A stretch of 64,000 nucleotides of DNA from Candidatus Levyibacteriota bacterium (GCA_963716145.1 OY970292.1:268104-332103), one strand, 5' to 3'; numbered from the stretch's first letter, positions 30,445-40,560 are shown. Notes: generated by a model from the sequence alone, not told the origin. A program made the numbers and translations.

Positions 30445-31706
30445 CTATCCCTCACAGCAAGCTTTGCAAACACCCATGAATTTCTTCGCCACAGACTCCC
30501 AGCTTAGATCCTGGACGTTTTCATAGACTTCGCGACTCACCTTTTTATATTCCTTCTCATCCGACAACAACTTATGAATTTTCTGAGAAAGCATCAGAGG
30601 ATTGTTGGAGGAAGTCACCAGATGCTTGTGTTTTTTGTCAATCAGCCCAGAGACACCGGCCGCGTCTGTCGCGATAACCGGCGTGCCGCAGGCCATAGCT
30701 TCAAGCGCCGTCATCCCGAAAGATTCATAATGAGAGGGCATAACTACCATTTCCGCCGCCGCATAATAGCGTTGAAGATCTTTTTGCTCTTTCCTACCGA
30801 CAAATATTACAGAGGTTGAAATATTCAGCAGTTTTCTTAAAGTTTCCAAATTCTGAAGCTCATGAGACCACATCTTTTGCGCGTGAGACACATCTCCGCC
30901 AACAATCCAAAGACAAAGCGACGGATCCGGTATCTCTCAATTAAGATTTTTAACGCGTAAAGCAGTACATCAACACCTTTGAGAGGTTCAATTCTTCCAA
31001 CAAAGAGAATAATTTTGTGCCCCAGATCAGCTCCGATTTTCCTTTTCGCGCTATTTTTGTCCATAGGATGAAAAATCTCTAAATTTATTCCGGGAATCAG
31101 AACTTGAATTTTTTCTCTCGGGCAATCATAAAGAGTTGCAAGATATTCAGCATCATTTTCACTTGTCGCGATTATTCTTTCTGCTTTCCCAACCAAATCC
31201 AGCTCTGTCTCAATTCTCTGAATAGTTTCTTTTTCCTCACTTCCACGGGCAACCAAATTTTTCATGAGGGCTAGAGTATGAAAAGTCATAAGCATTGGGA
31301 GGCTGAATTTTTTTTTAATATCAAGACCGACAATTCCTGATAAGTAATAATGACAGCTCAGTAAGTCGTATTCCCTGTTTTCTTTCTCAACAAATTTATA
31401 AAAGTTTTTTAAGAATTCCGGAATATGATTTAAGAGCATTTTTGGTGGGATATACTTTTGCGGACCTGAAGGCAAATGAATCACTCTCAAATTTTTCATA
31501 ACCTGAACAATTTTGGGACTTTTTTCGCTTTGGGAGCGTGTAAAAATGTCAATTACATAACCATTTCGCGCCAGTTCTTTGGAAAGCTCAAGAACATACA
31601 CGTTCATGCCGCCGACTTCAGAGCCCTCATCAGAAAGGGGACAAGTATGATAGGAGACTACAGCCAATCGCTTATTTTGTTTATCCTGAACTTGCTGAAT
31701 GGACAT
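30445..31706 (-). CDS. MshA-like GT4 glycosyltransferase (frameshift near 30929)
   Basis: HTCPL..GGMNVYV, HYYLSG, FHTLA..K, FVGRIEPLKG; second frame has ESFGMTALEAMACGTPV. Confidence 0.85.
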
Positions 31707-31740
31707 AGCGCCATTATACTATATAATTAATTTTAGATTT

Positions 31741-32340
31741 ATGACTACCAATATTTATTTGGTCCGCCACGGCGAAGTCCACAATCCAAAACAAGTTTTG
31801 TATGGACGTTTGCCAAGATTTAGATTAACGGAAAAAGGCAAACAGCAGATTGAGCAAACAGCGAATTTTCTTAATGATAAAAATATCAATGCTATTTATT
31901 CAAGCCCGCTACTGCGCGGCCGGCAAACAGCTGAAATAATTCGAAAAAAATTGAACTTACCCAAGATTTTTTTATTAAACGGACTGCACGAAATAAAAAC
32001 GTCGGCAGAGGGACAACCTGGCAAAAAACTTGATCTGATAAACCATGACTACTATTCTCCGCCAATCTGGAAAATAAACGATGATACAATGGAGCGAATT
32101 GCAAACAGAATGAATAAATCTATTAAACAAATCCTGAAAAAATACCAGAGCAAGTCTGTGGTCGCGGTCTCCCACGGCGATCCTATTTTGATCTTAAAAT
32201 TATTTCTAAACAATTTACCTCTGCATATATCATCAATCAGAAAGGAGAAGTTTGACATAGCTCAAGGAGGAGTAGTAAGACTGCAACAAATAAACGACCA
32301 ACCAATAACTGTTAAAAGCGTTTTTACTCCAAAAATATGA
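31741..32340 (+). CDS. Histidine phosphatase family protein
   Basis: LVRHGE, SSPLLR..QTA, VSHGDPI. Confidence 0.9.
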   Translation: MTTNIYLVRHGEVHNPKQVLYGRLPRFRLTEKGKQQIEQTANFLNDKNINAIYSSPLLRGRQTAEIIRKKLNLPKIFLLNGLHEIKTSAEGQPGKKLDLINHDYYSPPIWKINDDTMERIANRMNKSIKQILKKYQSKSVVAVSHGDPILILKLFLNNLPLHISSIRKEKFDIAQGGVVRLQQINDQPITVKSVFTPKI

Positions 32341-33527
32341 AACTATATAATTCGCTTAGCAAGAAAGCAGAAACTTTTATTCCGCTTGAAGAAAAGCAGG
32401 TTAAAATGTACGTTTGTGGTATAACCCCATACGACACCACTCACCTCGGCCATGCTTTCACCTATATATCTTTTGATGTATTGGTCAGGTATTTAAAATA
32501 CAAAGGCTTTGATGTAGTTTACACGCAAAATGTTACTGATATTAATGACCGGGACAATGATATCTTAAAGCGGGCCCAAGATCAAGGAATATCATGGCAA
32601 AACCTTGCTAAATTCTGGACAGATAAATTCCTTAAAGACATGCAGGATCTGAATTGGATTAAGCCCGATAACTATTTGTGGGCAAGTACGCAAATTCCCG
32701 CCATGACTGAGCTTATTGAACGTTTGATTGGTAGCAAGGCTGCTTACAAAATAAACGGGGGAGTGTACCTTGATATTCAAAAAGTGGATAATTTCGGGAA
32801 GCTTTCAGGACTTGATAAAAATAAAATGCTGACTGTTGCCAAAGAATTTGATGAGGATTTGGACAATCCTGATAAAAGAGACCCGCTTGATATAACTCTG
32901 TGGAGGCCAACTACTGAAAATCAAGCGCAACATATTCCATCCTTTGACAGCCCCTTTGGGCCCGGACGGCCCGGCTGGCATCTAGAATGCTCCGCCATGG
33001 CTATTTCATCACTTGGTGAGCAAATAGATATCCACGGGGGAGGCAGAGATCTTTTATACCCACATCATGAGAGTGAAATAGCCCAATCTGAAGGCGGGAC
33101 AGGGAAAATACCTTTTGCCAAATACTGGCTCCACACGGAAATTGTCAGCTTTGAGGGAAAGAAAATATCCAAGTCTATTGGGAACTTGGTAATGATTTCC
33201 GATCTTTTGAAAAAATATTCTTCCAACGCGATCCGCTATCTATTGCTTTCCCACCACTATAGAAAGCCATGGGAATTTAAGGAGTCTGAACTAATTGAAG
33301 CGGAAGAAAAAGTAAATAAACTAAAGCAGAAACTTAACTCTTCTCCGAGCGGACAAAGCATGCCGGACAGCAATTCAGCAATTCAGCAATTCAGCAATTT
33401 TTTAGACGATGATTTGAATACGCCTAAAGCACTTGAAATTTTGTTAAAATCAGTAGAGGCGGGATTTGTAAAAGAGGTTAAAGAAATGGCAACAATTCTG
33501 GGTTTTGCTATTAGCAATAAGCCATAG
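32337..33527 (+). CDS. CysRS-family ligase, MshC-like (no anticodon-binding domain)
   Basis: CGITPYDTTHLGHA, RDPLDITLWR, SPFGPGRPGWHLEC, KISKS; 396 aa ending shortly after DDLNTPKAL. Confidence 0.8.
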   Translation: MKLYNSLSKKAETFIPLEEKQVKMYVCGITPYDTTHLGHAFTYISFDVLVRYLKYKGFDVVYTQNVTDINDRDNDILKRAQDQGISWQNLAKFWTDKFLKDMQDLNWIKPDNYLWASTQIPAMTELIERLIGSKAAYKINGGVYLDIQKVDNFGKLSGLDKNKMLTVAKEFDEDLDNPDKRDPLDITLWRPTTENQAQHIPSFDSPFGPGRPGWHLECSAMAISSLGEQIDIHGGGRDLLYPHHESEIAQSEGGTGKIPFAKYWLHTEIVSFEGKKISKSIGNLVMISDLLKKYSSNAIRYLLLSHHYRKPWEFKESELIEAEEKVNKLKQKLNSSPSGQSMPDSNSAIQQFSNFLDDDLNTPKALEILLKSVEAGFVKEVKEMATILGFAISNKP

Positions 33528-33541
33528 GCTATTTGCCGACT

Positions 33542-34285
33542 TTAGATCACTCCATTGCTTCGCATTTTTTGCGCGCAGCCTGGGAATTGGGTATAGATGC
33601 TGGACCTGGCAACGAGTCTTTGGACTGCTGCTTTCTGAACATCAATTGGCGCAAGATCAGCGCGTTCATAGCCTGTCCCCATGCTATTCCACGTTCCAGC
33701 CGAGAATTGAAATGCACCGTAATATCCGTTTCCTGTATTTTTGGCAGGGTCCATTCCGGCTTCACAACTACCCAAGGCAGTTATTTGCGCGTCAGTTAGC
33801 GACTGGGGGGCACTGGATGCGACAGCTTGGGGAGCAACCGGCTGTTGTACCTGAGTTGGAGCAACATCTGTAGATCCAATTATTGAAACTGACTGCACCA
33901 AACTAGCTCCAGAATTTACATCATAGACATAAGTATCCTCTGCTGCTTCAGGATCTTGAGCCTGCCTTGAAATCAATTCCGGATTTAGAATTTCAGGCAT
34001 TGCAGTTTTATTTTCTCTAACCTTCAAAACCACGCCCTTCTCTAATTGCCAAGCGTCTTTCACTTCAGGATTGTCATTCCAGATATTGGTCCAGTAATCT
34101 TCACTACCATAGTAAGCCTCAGCTATCTTTGAAAGGTAATCACCTTCCTGAACGACATAATTGGAATACTCTGCCTGACTCTGAGTAGGGATAATAGATT
34201 GATAAGCGACTACGTTGGGAGTCGCAGGGAGAGACGATGTTATTAATGATGACGCGAAAACTCCGGCTAATAATGTAATTATCAT
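33542..34285 (-). CDS. LysM plus resuscitation-promoting-factor (Rpf)-type transglycosylase
   Basis: YVVQEGDYLSKIA LysM; CEAG...NTGNGYYGAFQFSAGTW Rpf core. Confidence 0.88.
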   Translation of the reverse strand: MIITLLAGVFASSLITSSLPATPNVVAYQSIIPTQSQAEYSNYVVQEGDYLSKIAEAYYGSEDYWTNIWNDNPEVKDAWQLEKGVVLKVRENKTAMPEILNPELISRQAQDPEAAEDTYVYDVNSGASLVQSVSIIGSTDVAPTQVQQPVAPQAVASSAPQSLTDAQITALGSCEAGMDPAKNTGNGYYGAFQFSAGTWNSMGTGYERADLAPIDVQKAAVQRLVARSSIYTQFPGCAQKMRSNGVI

Positions 34286-34475
34286 ATTTAAAAACAAAAA
34301 CCAATTCGCTCATAATGAGCAGAAGGTTTAGTTAAGCGGTAATTATATACTATTTTGATCCATTTGTCAAGTAGTATAGTTGTGGAAGTTGAGGCTAATG
34401 AGGAGTTATCTTAATATCCTATAACATTTTAATCTTTTAATCACATTAATTTATAAGAAACCACTAATTATTGGG

Positions 34476-34548
34476 TGCTGAGGGTCAGAGTCGAACTGAC
34501 ATAGCCTGTTCTTCAGACAGGTGCCTTGACCACCTTGGCTACCTCAGC
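34476..34548 (-). tRNA. tRNA-Phe(GAA)
   Basis: Acceptor GCTGAGG/CCTCAGC; anticodon arm CCTGT-CTGAAGA-ACAGG; GTTCGAC. Confidence 0.92.
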
Positions 34549-34576
34549 GCTATATGGTTGAGTCTTATTATACAAT

Positions 34577-35795
34577 TTAAGAACGCTGTAGGCAAGAATC
34601 TGCTTCCTCAATCATTCTCTCTGCAATATTTTCCGCTCCTTTTAGTCCTTCACCTCCATCAAACACTACGTGAGCACGCTCATAATGCGCTCGCGCACTA
34701 TCTTCTCCACCACCAAAGAGAGATCGCAAAGTAAGGCCAAAGTCTTCAATTCCTGAGCTCGGCCCTGAAATCCTATGAAGCTTTGACCAATCCGTATTGT
34801 CCTCCATTTTTCTATTACCCTTAACTGGGTGAAGGGGGATTACCGGCATGGTTCCCGCTCCAGCCAACCCGCTCGCCCAAAGGCGTAACTATCAAATCTG
34901 CGGCATTAGCCATCGCAATAGATGTACTTACTGCTTCGTCAGGATCAGAGTTATAAAAAATTTGTACTCCAGTCGTTAAGTCAGGTCGATATTTTGTGAC
35001 TATTGTGGGATCATAGCCCAAAGCTTTAGCGTGTCTATATACCTCCCCTGACTGCTTCTTTCCATTCCACATATAAATATCGAGCTTCAGTCTACCCTCA
35101 GATATCCATTGTCTGACAATTGGGTCTTCCAAAACATTTCTATGCAATGGCTCCATGTGGGCAATTTGTCCTGTCATCAAGTATGCAATCCTCAAAGGGT
35201 TTTCGGGGTCCGGCCCTGCTTCTGAAAACTTATCCAGCCGTTCCCTTCGACGCTCGGGGTCCAAAAGTGTGTTCGGTACAATAAAACCGGCAACCACAAT
35301 CTCTCCTGTGTCACCCATTTCCGAAAGTGTGCTCTTTGTCTCCTCAAGCGGAACAAAAGCTATGGTCTTCGGATCAGCCGCAAGCACTTCCGGCCAGACA
35401 TCCCCTTCGGCGTAAAAACGGTCTGCTCCTTTTCCCCAAAGCCCATGCAAAGTGAGAAAAGGTTTATCAGAAGGTAAAACCCTTACCAACTCTCTATTGG
35501 CCAAACTGGTCAGCATTTGTCCTCCGCTACCTTTGGTGCCACTTACTCTCTTTCTTCCATACCAGTCTTGGAACCTTCCTTCTCTCCCCGCGTGTTTATA
35601 AATGGAGCCTATTCCTGTCCAAACTCCGCGGGTTAATAAGCCTCCGTCTTCCTGCCCGATAACCTGAACTGCTACTCCGTTGGGATTTGTCTCGGAATTT
35701 GCTAAATGCGGCTCAATACTGTGCCAAAATGTTCTTTTTCCTTGTCCTGCATTGGTCAGCCCAACAACAACTCCAGCTTCAGGATGAATTCTCAT
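34577..35795 (-). CDS. Orphan protein, possibly GT-B fold; probably one gene split near 34860
   Basis: 324-aa ORF overlaps a 96-aa ORF; ADLIVT...MPVI resembles a GT-B C-terminal motif. Confidence 0.45.
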
Positions 35796-35851
35796 GAAGG
35801 AATATTATACATCAGGGGAGTAACAAAGAAAACGCTAAGGCAAAATCAGTG

Positions 35852-35924
35852 TGGACGATGCAGGGATCGAACCCGCGACATCTTCAGTGTAAATGAAGCG
35901 CTCTACCAGCTGAGCTAATCGTCC
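35852..35924 (-). tRNA. tRNA-Val(TAC)
   Basis: Acceptor GGACGAT/ATCGTCC; anticodon arm CTTCA-TTTACAC-TGAAG. Confidence 0.95.
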
Positions 35925-36006
35925 GCCTAAGCTTAATTATAGATGAATTTACCATTTCTATCAAGGTATCTTGTTTTATACTTTCAGCTATTTTAATGAG
36001 TGCGGT

Positions 36007-36522
36007 TTATTGTCTACGTTGTGCTTCTTTTAATTTGGCCAAAGCTTCACTTGTACTGACTGGCGGACGACGATTCAATGATGCAACAATTGGGTGGGTA
36101 GACTCCAGGGTAAATGTAAGTGATCCGTCACGCTCTGCACTTTCTTCAAAACCTACCATGTACCGCTCTCCTATGTATACTGCACCTAGTCCCGGGGTAA
36201 GATGTACAGGTATACTTCTAAATATTCCTTGTTTTCCTTGGAGCTCCCCAGCGGAAAGAGGCTTAGGGAGGACAGTTCCCGCTTGCGCTCTACTTTCCCA
36301 TACTACGGGAACAGTTAACTCCCGGGCAATATCTAAAAAGCCGCTAGCCCCTGGTCGATCATAAGCCAGAATTATATCTCCATCAATTATTACCACCTTA
36401 TCCGGAGGTAGATCAAAACTTTCTAGGTAAGGTCTTGGAATCTCAGCTAAGGGCTTGGACGCTGGGATTTCGCTCGCGAGGGAATCTACTTGATCTGGAT
36501 TATCATCTTCTGGTCGCGGCAT
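36007..36522 (-). CDS. Hypothetical (orphan) protein
   Basis: ORF between tRNAs; ATG 36522 lies about 7 nt after a TATAGC/TATTAT-like -10 element. Confidence 0.55.
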   Translation of the reverse strand: MPRPEDDNPDQVDSLASEIPASKPLAEIPRPYLESFDLPPDKVVIIDGDIILAYDRPGASGFLDIARELTVPVVWESRAQAGTVLPKPLSAGELQGKQGIFRSIPVHLTPGLGAVYIGERYMVGFEESAERDGSLTFTLESTHPIVASLNRRPPVSTSEALAKLKEAQRRQ

Positions 36523-36588
36523 AATACCCGCTATAATAACACAACTTTTCTCACAAATCAACTATAGGATGCATCGTGTGAACATTTG

Positions 36589-36671
36589 TGCGGATGAGAG
36601 GAGTTGAACCTCCACGCCCTTGCGAGCACTACCACCTCAAGGTAGCGTGTATACCATTTCACCACATCCGC
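36589..36671 (-). tRNA. tRNA-Leu(GAG)
   Basis: Acceptor GCGGATG/CATCCGC; anticodon arm CTACC-TTGAGGT-GGTAG; long variable arm. Confidence 0.95.
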
Positions 36672-36711
36672 GTTTTGCGAAGCAAAACAACTTAAAACTC
36701 TGAACTTAGAA

Positions 36712-37069
36712 CTAAGAATGCGTTAGACTTTTGGAAAAGCCAATTAATTGCTTACCCACCTCTTCTGCCATAACTAATGCCTGATTCATTTCTTTCTGAT
36801 TAATACAACCATCATCCAATGCTAAATCAAGGCCTGCTATCACTTCTTCAAGCGATGTTAACGCCTGATTAAGAAAATGTGCTTTCTTTGTCTGTTGCCC
36901 TATTTGACCCTTCAGCAATATTTAAACACACTGACAATGCTGCTCGATTAATTTGATCAATTAGAACAAATCGTTCTGTCGCTGGTAACTTCTTTAATAA
37001 ATTCTTAACGAGCTTTCTAAATTCCTTTGACTTTTTATATACTGGAAAATCTCTAAATCTAAATAGCAT
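36712..37069 (-). CDS. Four-helix-bundle protein (23S rRNA IVP / TIGR02436-like), frameshift near 36885
   Basis: FRDFPVYKKS, LIDQINRAALSVCLNIAEGS, then HFLNQALTSLEE in the next frame. Confidence 0.85.
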
Positions 37070-37185
37070 ATATTTTGCTGCGCAAAATAACTTTGAACAA
37101 AAAACATTCAACTTAGAACTCCAAGGAATAATTGTTCTCTGTTCCTGGTTCTTAGCTCTGTGTAGTTCAGCTTCGCTGAACTATG

Positions 37186-37269
37186 TGCCGAAGAGGGGAC
37201 TTGAACCCCTACCTCTTTAACAAGACACGAACCTGAATCGTGCGCGTCTACCAATTCCGCCACTTCGGC
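37186..37269 (-). tRNA. tRNA-Leu(CAG)
   Basis: Acceptor GCCGAAG/CTTCGGC; anticodon arm CACGA-TTCAGGT-TCGTG. Confidence 0.95.
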
Positions 37270-37429
37270 GATTCGCTAATGCGAAACTAAAAACAATGGA
37301 CTTAAAACTTAGAATCATAAACTATCTAGTTCTTAGTTCCGCGTTCTTAGTTCATTGGTTGTATTTTGATTCTATCAAAAGACAGTGGACTTGACAATCT
37401 CAACAAATTTTGCAAATATAAATAGGCCC

Positions 37430-37996
37430 ATGAGAAAGTTTTTTCTAACTGCTGCTTTCTTAGCCTCAACTCCTCTTATCTTAATTTTTGGACTTATTAT
37501 TATGCTTATTATTTATACTCAAAACACACATTCCGTGGCTTCTTCACCAACAGCTGTGTATGCAGCTCTTCCCACTACCCAGAATGTGCTTGCGGCTACT
37601 ATCATGGAAAGCGATGGGGGAAATGCCGAGAAAATTAGGCAATTTCTGGCCAGCTACAATTCACCCCTTGAGCCATATGCAGTTGACATAGTGGACGCTG
37701 CTGATGAGTATGGGCTCGATCACAGGCTAATCGTGGCTATTGCAATGCAAGAATCAGGCCTTTGCAAAACAATTCCTCAAGATTCATATAATTGCTGGGG
37801 ATTTGGAATTTACACAGGGCATGTGACAAGATTTGCGGATTACAAAGAAGGTATATACACCGTAACAAAAGCACTTGCTACAAAATATAAAAATAAAGGG
37901 TTGGTAACGCCAGAGCAAATTATGACCATGTACACTCCCAACAGCAATGGTAGTTGGGCTTTTAGCGTTAACCATTACATGGACAAGCTTCAATAA
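37430..37996 (+). CDS. Membrane-anchored lysozyme-like (glucosaminidase-type) protein
   Basis: YNSPL...AIAMQES...NCWGFG. Confidence 0.75.
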   Translation: MRKFFLTAAFLASTPLILIFGLIIMLIIYTQNTHSVASSPTAVYAALPTTQNVLAATIMESDGGNAEKIRQFLASYNSPLEPYAVDIVDAADEYGLDHRLIVAIAMQESGLCKTIPQDSYNCWGFGIYTGHVTRFADYKEGIYTVTKALATKYKNKGLVTPEQIMTMYTPNSNGSWAFSVNHYMDKLQ

Positions 37997-38085
37997 TTCT
38001 GCAAGGCAGAATTCTGTGCTATATATACTTCTCTTTGCCAGGAATTAAACCCAAATACTGTTATTTTAATCCTGCTTTACAACAC

Positions 38086-38164
38086 TTGACAAACCTATAG
38101 TTATATGATATAATCCCCAACAGATCCTAAGGCATGTGCCCAAAACACATGCGTTAGGATTTTT
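38086..38164 (+). promoter_or_regulatory. Consensus promoter followed immediately by a terminator-like hairpin
   Basis: TTGACA-17-TATAAT (38086-38114, extended TG); ATCCTAAgGCATGTG/CACATGCgTTAGGAT plus T-run (38124-38164). Confidence 0.7.
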
Positions 38165-38202
38165 CTTTGTCCGCCGAAGCTTTAGCGTAGGCGGATACTA
38201 AA

Positions 38203-38757
38203 ATGAAACTAAAACTGCTCAAAGTTTTTATTATTGTTTTCTTTGGATTCTTGCTGTCTGCTCATAAAGCATCAGCAAGCACTGCAGGAGCTTCCGCAAT
38301 GCTCGCCTCGATTGATATTTCATACCAAGAAACAGACAATCGGGCAGAAGTTTTACGAAGTTTCTTAGAGAAATACGATTCTCCTCTAGCGCTTTATTCC
38401 AGCAACTTCATTGAGGAGGCAGATAAAAATAATATTGACTGGAAGCTTGTTGCCGCTATTGCCGGGAATGAATCGTATTTTGGACAAATGATTCCTCCGT
38501 TTTCCTACAATGGATGGGGTTATGGTGTTTATGGAGATAATGTGCGCAGATTTTCTTCATGGGAAGAGGGTATCGCGGTAGTTTCAAGCGCAATCAGAAC
38601 GGATTATATTGATAAATGGGGAGCAACAAATGTCTATGAAATTGGATCCATCTATGCTGAGGACCCTATGTGGGCAAATAAAGTTACTAACTATATGAGC
38701 AAGATTGAAGATTTTAACAATCAAACATCCAACTCATCTCTTCCCATTTCACTCTAA
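38203..38757 (+). CDS. Secreted lysozyme-like (glucosaminidase-type) protein, paralogue of the upstream gene
   Basis: YDSPL...AIAGNES...NGWGYG. Confidence 0.75.
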   Translation: MKLKLLKVFIIVFFGFLLSAHKASASTAGASAMLASIDISYQETDNRAEVLRSFLEKYDSPLALYSSNFIEEADKNNIDWKLVAAIAGNESYFGQMIPPFSYNGWGYGVYGDNVRRFSSWEEGIAVVSSAIRTDYIDKWGATNVYEIGSIYAEDPMWANKVTNYMSKIEDFNNQTSNSSLPISL

Positions 38758-38794
38758 ATAATTTATAATTGAAAATAACTAACTTGGGCGATGA

Positions 38795-38876
38795 GCGGAC
38801 GTGGTGAAATGGTAGACACGCAAGTTTTAGGAACTTGTGCTCAAAAGGCTTGGAGGTTCAAGTCCTCTCGTCCGCA
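38795..38876 (+). tRNA. tRNA-Leu(TAG)
   Basis: Acceptor GCGGACG/CGTCCGC; anticodon arm CAAGT-TTTAGGA-ACTTG. Confidence 0.95.
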
Positions 38877-38891
38877 CTCAACAATAAAACT

Positions 38892-39722
38892 ATGACAAAA
38901 TCATTAATCGAAAAACAGCCAGACGGAACAATCAAATTGACAATTTCAATTCCTAAAGAGCTTATATCCAAGGCTCGTGAGAAAGCTATAATTGATGTGA
39001 GTAAGCACACCAACGTTCCTGGTTTTAGGAAGGGAAAAGCTCCTGAAAAACTGGTTGAGGAAAAATTAAATAAAGAACAAATAGATGAAGACGCTCTTAA
39101 GGAACTTCTTCCTATGCAGTATCAGCAAGCAGTTGTGGAACATCAATTGAGGCCAGTTATGAACCCCAAGATACATATCAACAAGATGGAAGAAGGTAAA
39201 GATTGGACATTTGAAGCGCTAACCTGCGAAGCCCCAGCAGTTGAGGCCGGAGATTACAAAAAAAGTGTTCAAAAAGTAACAGCAAAAAGTAAAATAATCA
39301 TACCTGGAAAAGAACCGCAGAAGCCTTCATTTGAAGATATCGCCAAAGCCCTACTTGAAACTTCAACTGTAAAAGTTCCGACAATTCTACTTGAGCAGGA
39401 AACAGATAGACTTTTGGCACAGCTTCTCAATGATATTAAAAAACTTGGGCTCAACCTTGAACAATATCTGGCGTCAACCAAACGAACACCGGACGATCTG
39501 CGTGCCGAATATTCCAAAAGAGCGGAAGATGATATGAAGCTGGAATTTGTCTTGCAAAAAATTGCAGAACTTGAGAAAATAACAGTTGAGGAGAAAGAGA
39601 TAGAAGAGGCGATTCAAAAAGCAAAATCTGAGGAAGAAAAAAAGCATTTACAGGGCAATAAATACCTTCTCGCGGCGATACTAAGACAACAGAAAACACT
39701 TGATTTTTTGATGAGTTTGTGA
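38892..39722 (+). CDS. tig: Trigger factor (short, lacking the PPIase domain)
   Basis: VPGFRKGKAP ribosome-binding motif; about 276 aa. Confidence 0.9.
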   Translation: MTKSLIEKQPDGTIKLTISIPKELISKAREKAIIDVSKHTNVPGFRKGKAPEKLVEEKLNKEQIDEDALKELLPMQYQQAVVEHQLRPVMNPKIHINKMEEGKDWTFEALTCEAPAVEAGDYKKSVQKVTAKSKIIIPGKEPQKPSFEDIAKALLETSTVKVPTILLEQETDRLLAQLLNDIKKLGLNLEQYLASTKRTPDDLRAEYSKRAEDDMKLEFVLQKIAELEKITVEEKEIEEAIQKAKSEEEKKHLQGNKYLLAAILRQQKTLDFLMSL

Positions 39723-39737
39723 TAGGATTACGCTGCT

Positions 39738-40421
39738 ATGGCAAGCAAAGTTTCAAAAAAGCGAATAATTAGAAATCACCTTGAAGCAGTTACCAATATT
39801 GGTGACTCAACCGGTATTGCAAAAGGTGTGGGAAAGTCTTTAATAGATGACTTGGCGTTGGATGGTGGAAAAGACTTCCTCAGCTTCCTCGGGATGGATA
39901 CCGGATCTGACAAAAAAAATTCTGCACACGAAGCTTCTTCTGAAGATCAAAAACATGACGCAGACGGATCAATTGATATAGTCAATTTCAAAACCAAATC
40001 CTTTGAGAAAAAAGCCAGACATATAGAACAGCGTGTTGAGGCTGCTATTGATTATCACCGTGACATTGTCAGATCTTCCGAAAGAGCATCAAGCCAGGAA
40101 TTGCAAGTAAGACAAAGTCAGATTCAGCAACTTAGAATGGAGATACAATCCCTTGTAAGCTCAACCAAAATGCTGCAAATGGAATTTGCACAGATTACAA
40201 CTGAGCAATCAGTCGCAAGCGTAGGAGCATATCATGAGCACTTCTTTGAATGGATAATAAAACAGGTTAAGGCGGCACGCGAAAACGTAGAAAATTCAAG
40301 TTCGTGCATGAACATACAGAAAAATAAAGCCGGCAAAAAAGGCTATTGGGGAATGTTCAAAAAACACGGCACAAGCTTCGCCATGTCAAACGAGCGCGGT
40401 GTAGCAACCCAGGTCGGATAA
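39738..40421 (+). CDS. DUF5660-like protein
   Basis: YHEHFFEWI...YWGMFKKHGTSF..SNER..ATQ pattern, recalled from CPR proteins. Confidence 0.6.
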   Translation: MASKVSKKRIIRNHLEAVTNIGDSTGIAKGVGKSLIDDLALDGGKDFLSFLGMDTGSDKKNSAHEASSEDQKHDADGSIDIVNFKTKSFEKKARHIEQRVEAAIDYHRDIVRSSERASSQELQVRQSQIQQLRMEIQSLVSSTKMLQMEFAQITTEQSVASVGAYHEHFFEWIIKQVKAARENVENSSSCMNIQKNKAGKKGYWGMFKKHGTSFAMSNERGVATQVG

Positions 40422-40425
40422 ACGC

Positions 40426-40560
40426 TTGACTCGTCAACAAAAGTTTGATATTATCAATTTATGAAATCACAAATTGCATTCACATTGGCACTTCTCCTTA
40501 CCCGATAGGGCGGGAGAAGTCGTTGTGTTGAAAATCCCGCCAACTGAGCGGGTTTTTTTG
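40426..40560 (+). promoter_or_regulatory. Promoter plus Leu-sensing attenuator
   Basis: TTGACT-17-TATTAT; 1:2 ACTTCTCC/GGAGAAGT; 2:3 GGCGGGA/TCCCGCC; terminator CCCGC/GCGGG + T7. Confidence 0.85.
40461..40508 (+). CDS. Leader peptide MKSQIAFTLALLLTR (Leu-rich)
   Basis: Leaderless ATG 6 nt after the -10 box; TTG-GCA-CTT-CTC-CTT control codons form segment 1. Confidence 0.82.
   Translation: MKSQIAFTLALLLTR

Noticed and set aside
32337-33527. Assigning the symbol cysS
   Set aside because: Lacks the anticodon-binding domain and has MshC-type motifs; cannot be decided without the rest of the genome
34471-34734. 87-aa ORF
   Set aside because: Antisense reading of tRNA-Phe and the neighbouring gene
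36712-37069. Diversity-generating retroelement suggested by the Avd-like fold
   Set aside because: No reverse transcriptase or TR/VR pair found in the window
38835-38891. N-terminal extension of trigger factor
   Set aside because: Lies inside tRNA-Leu(TAG); ATG 38892 is the plausible start
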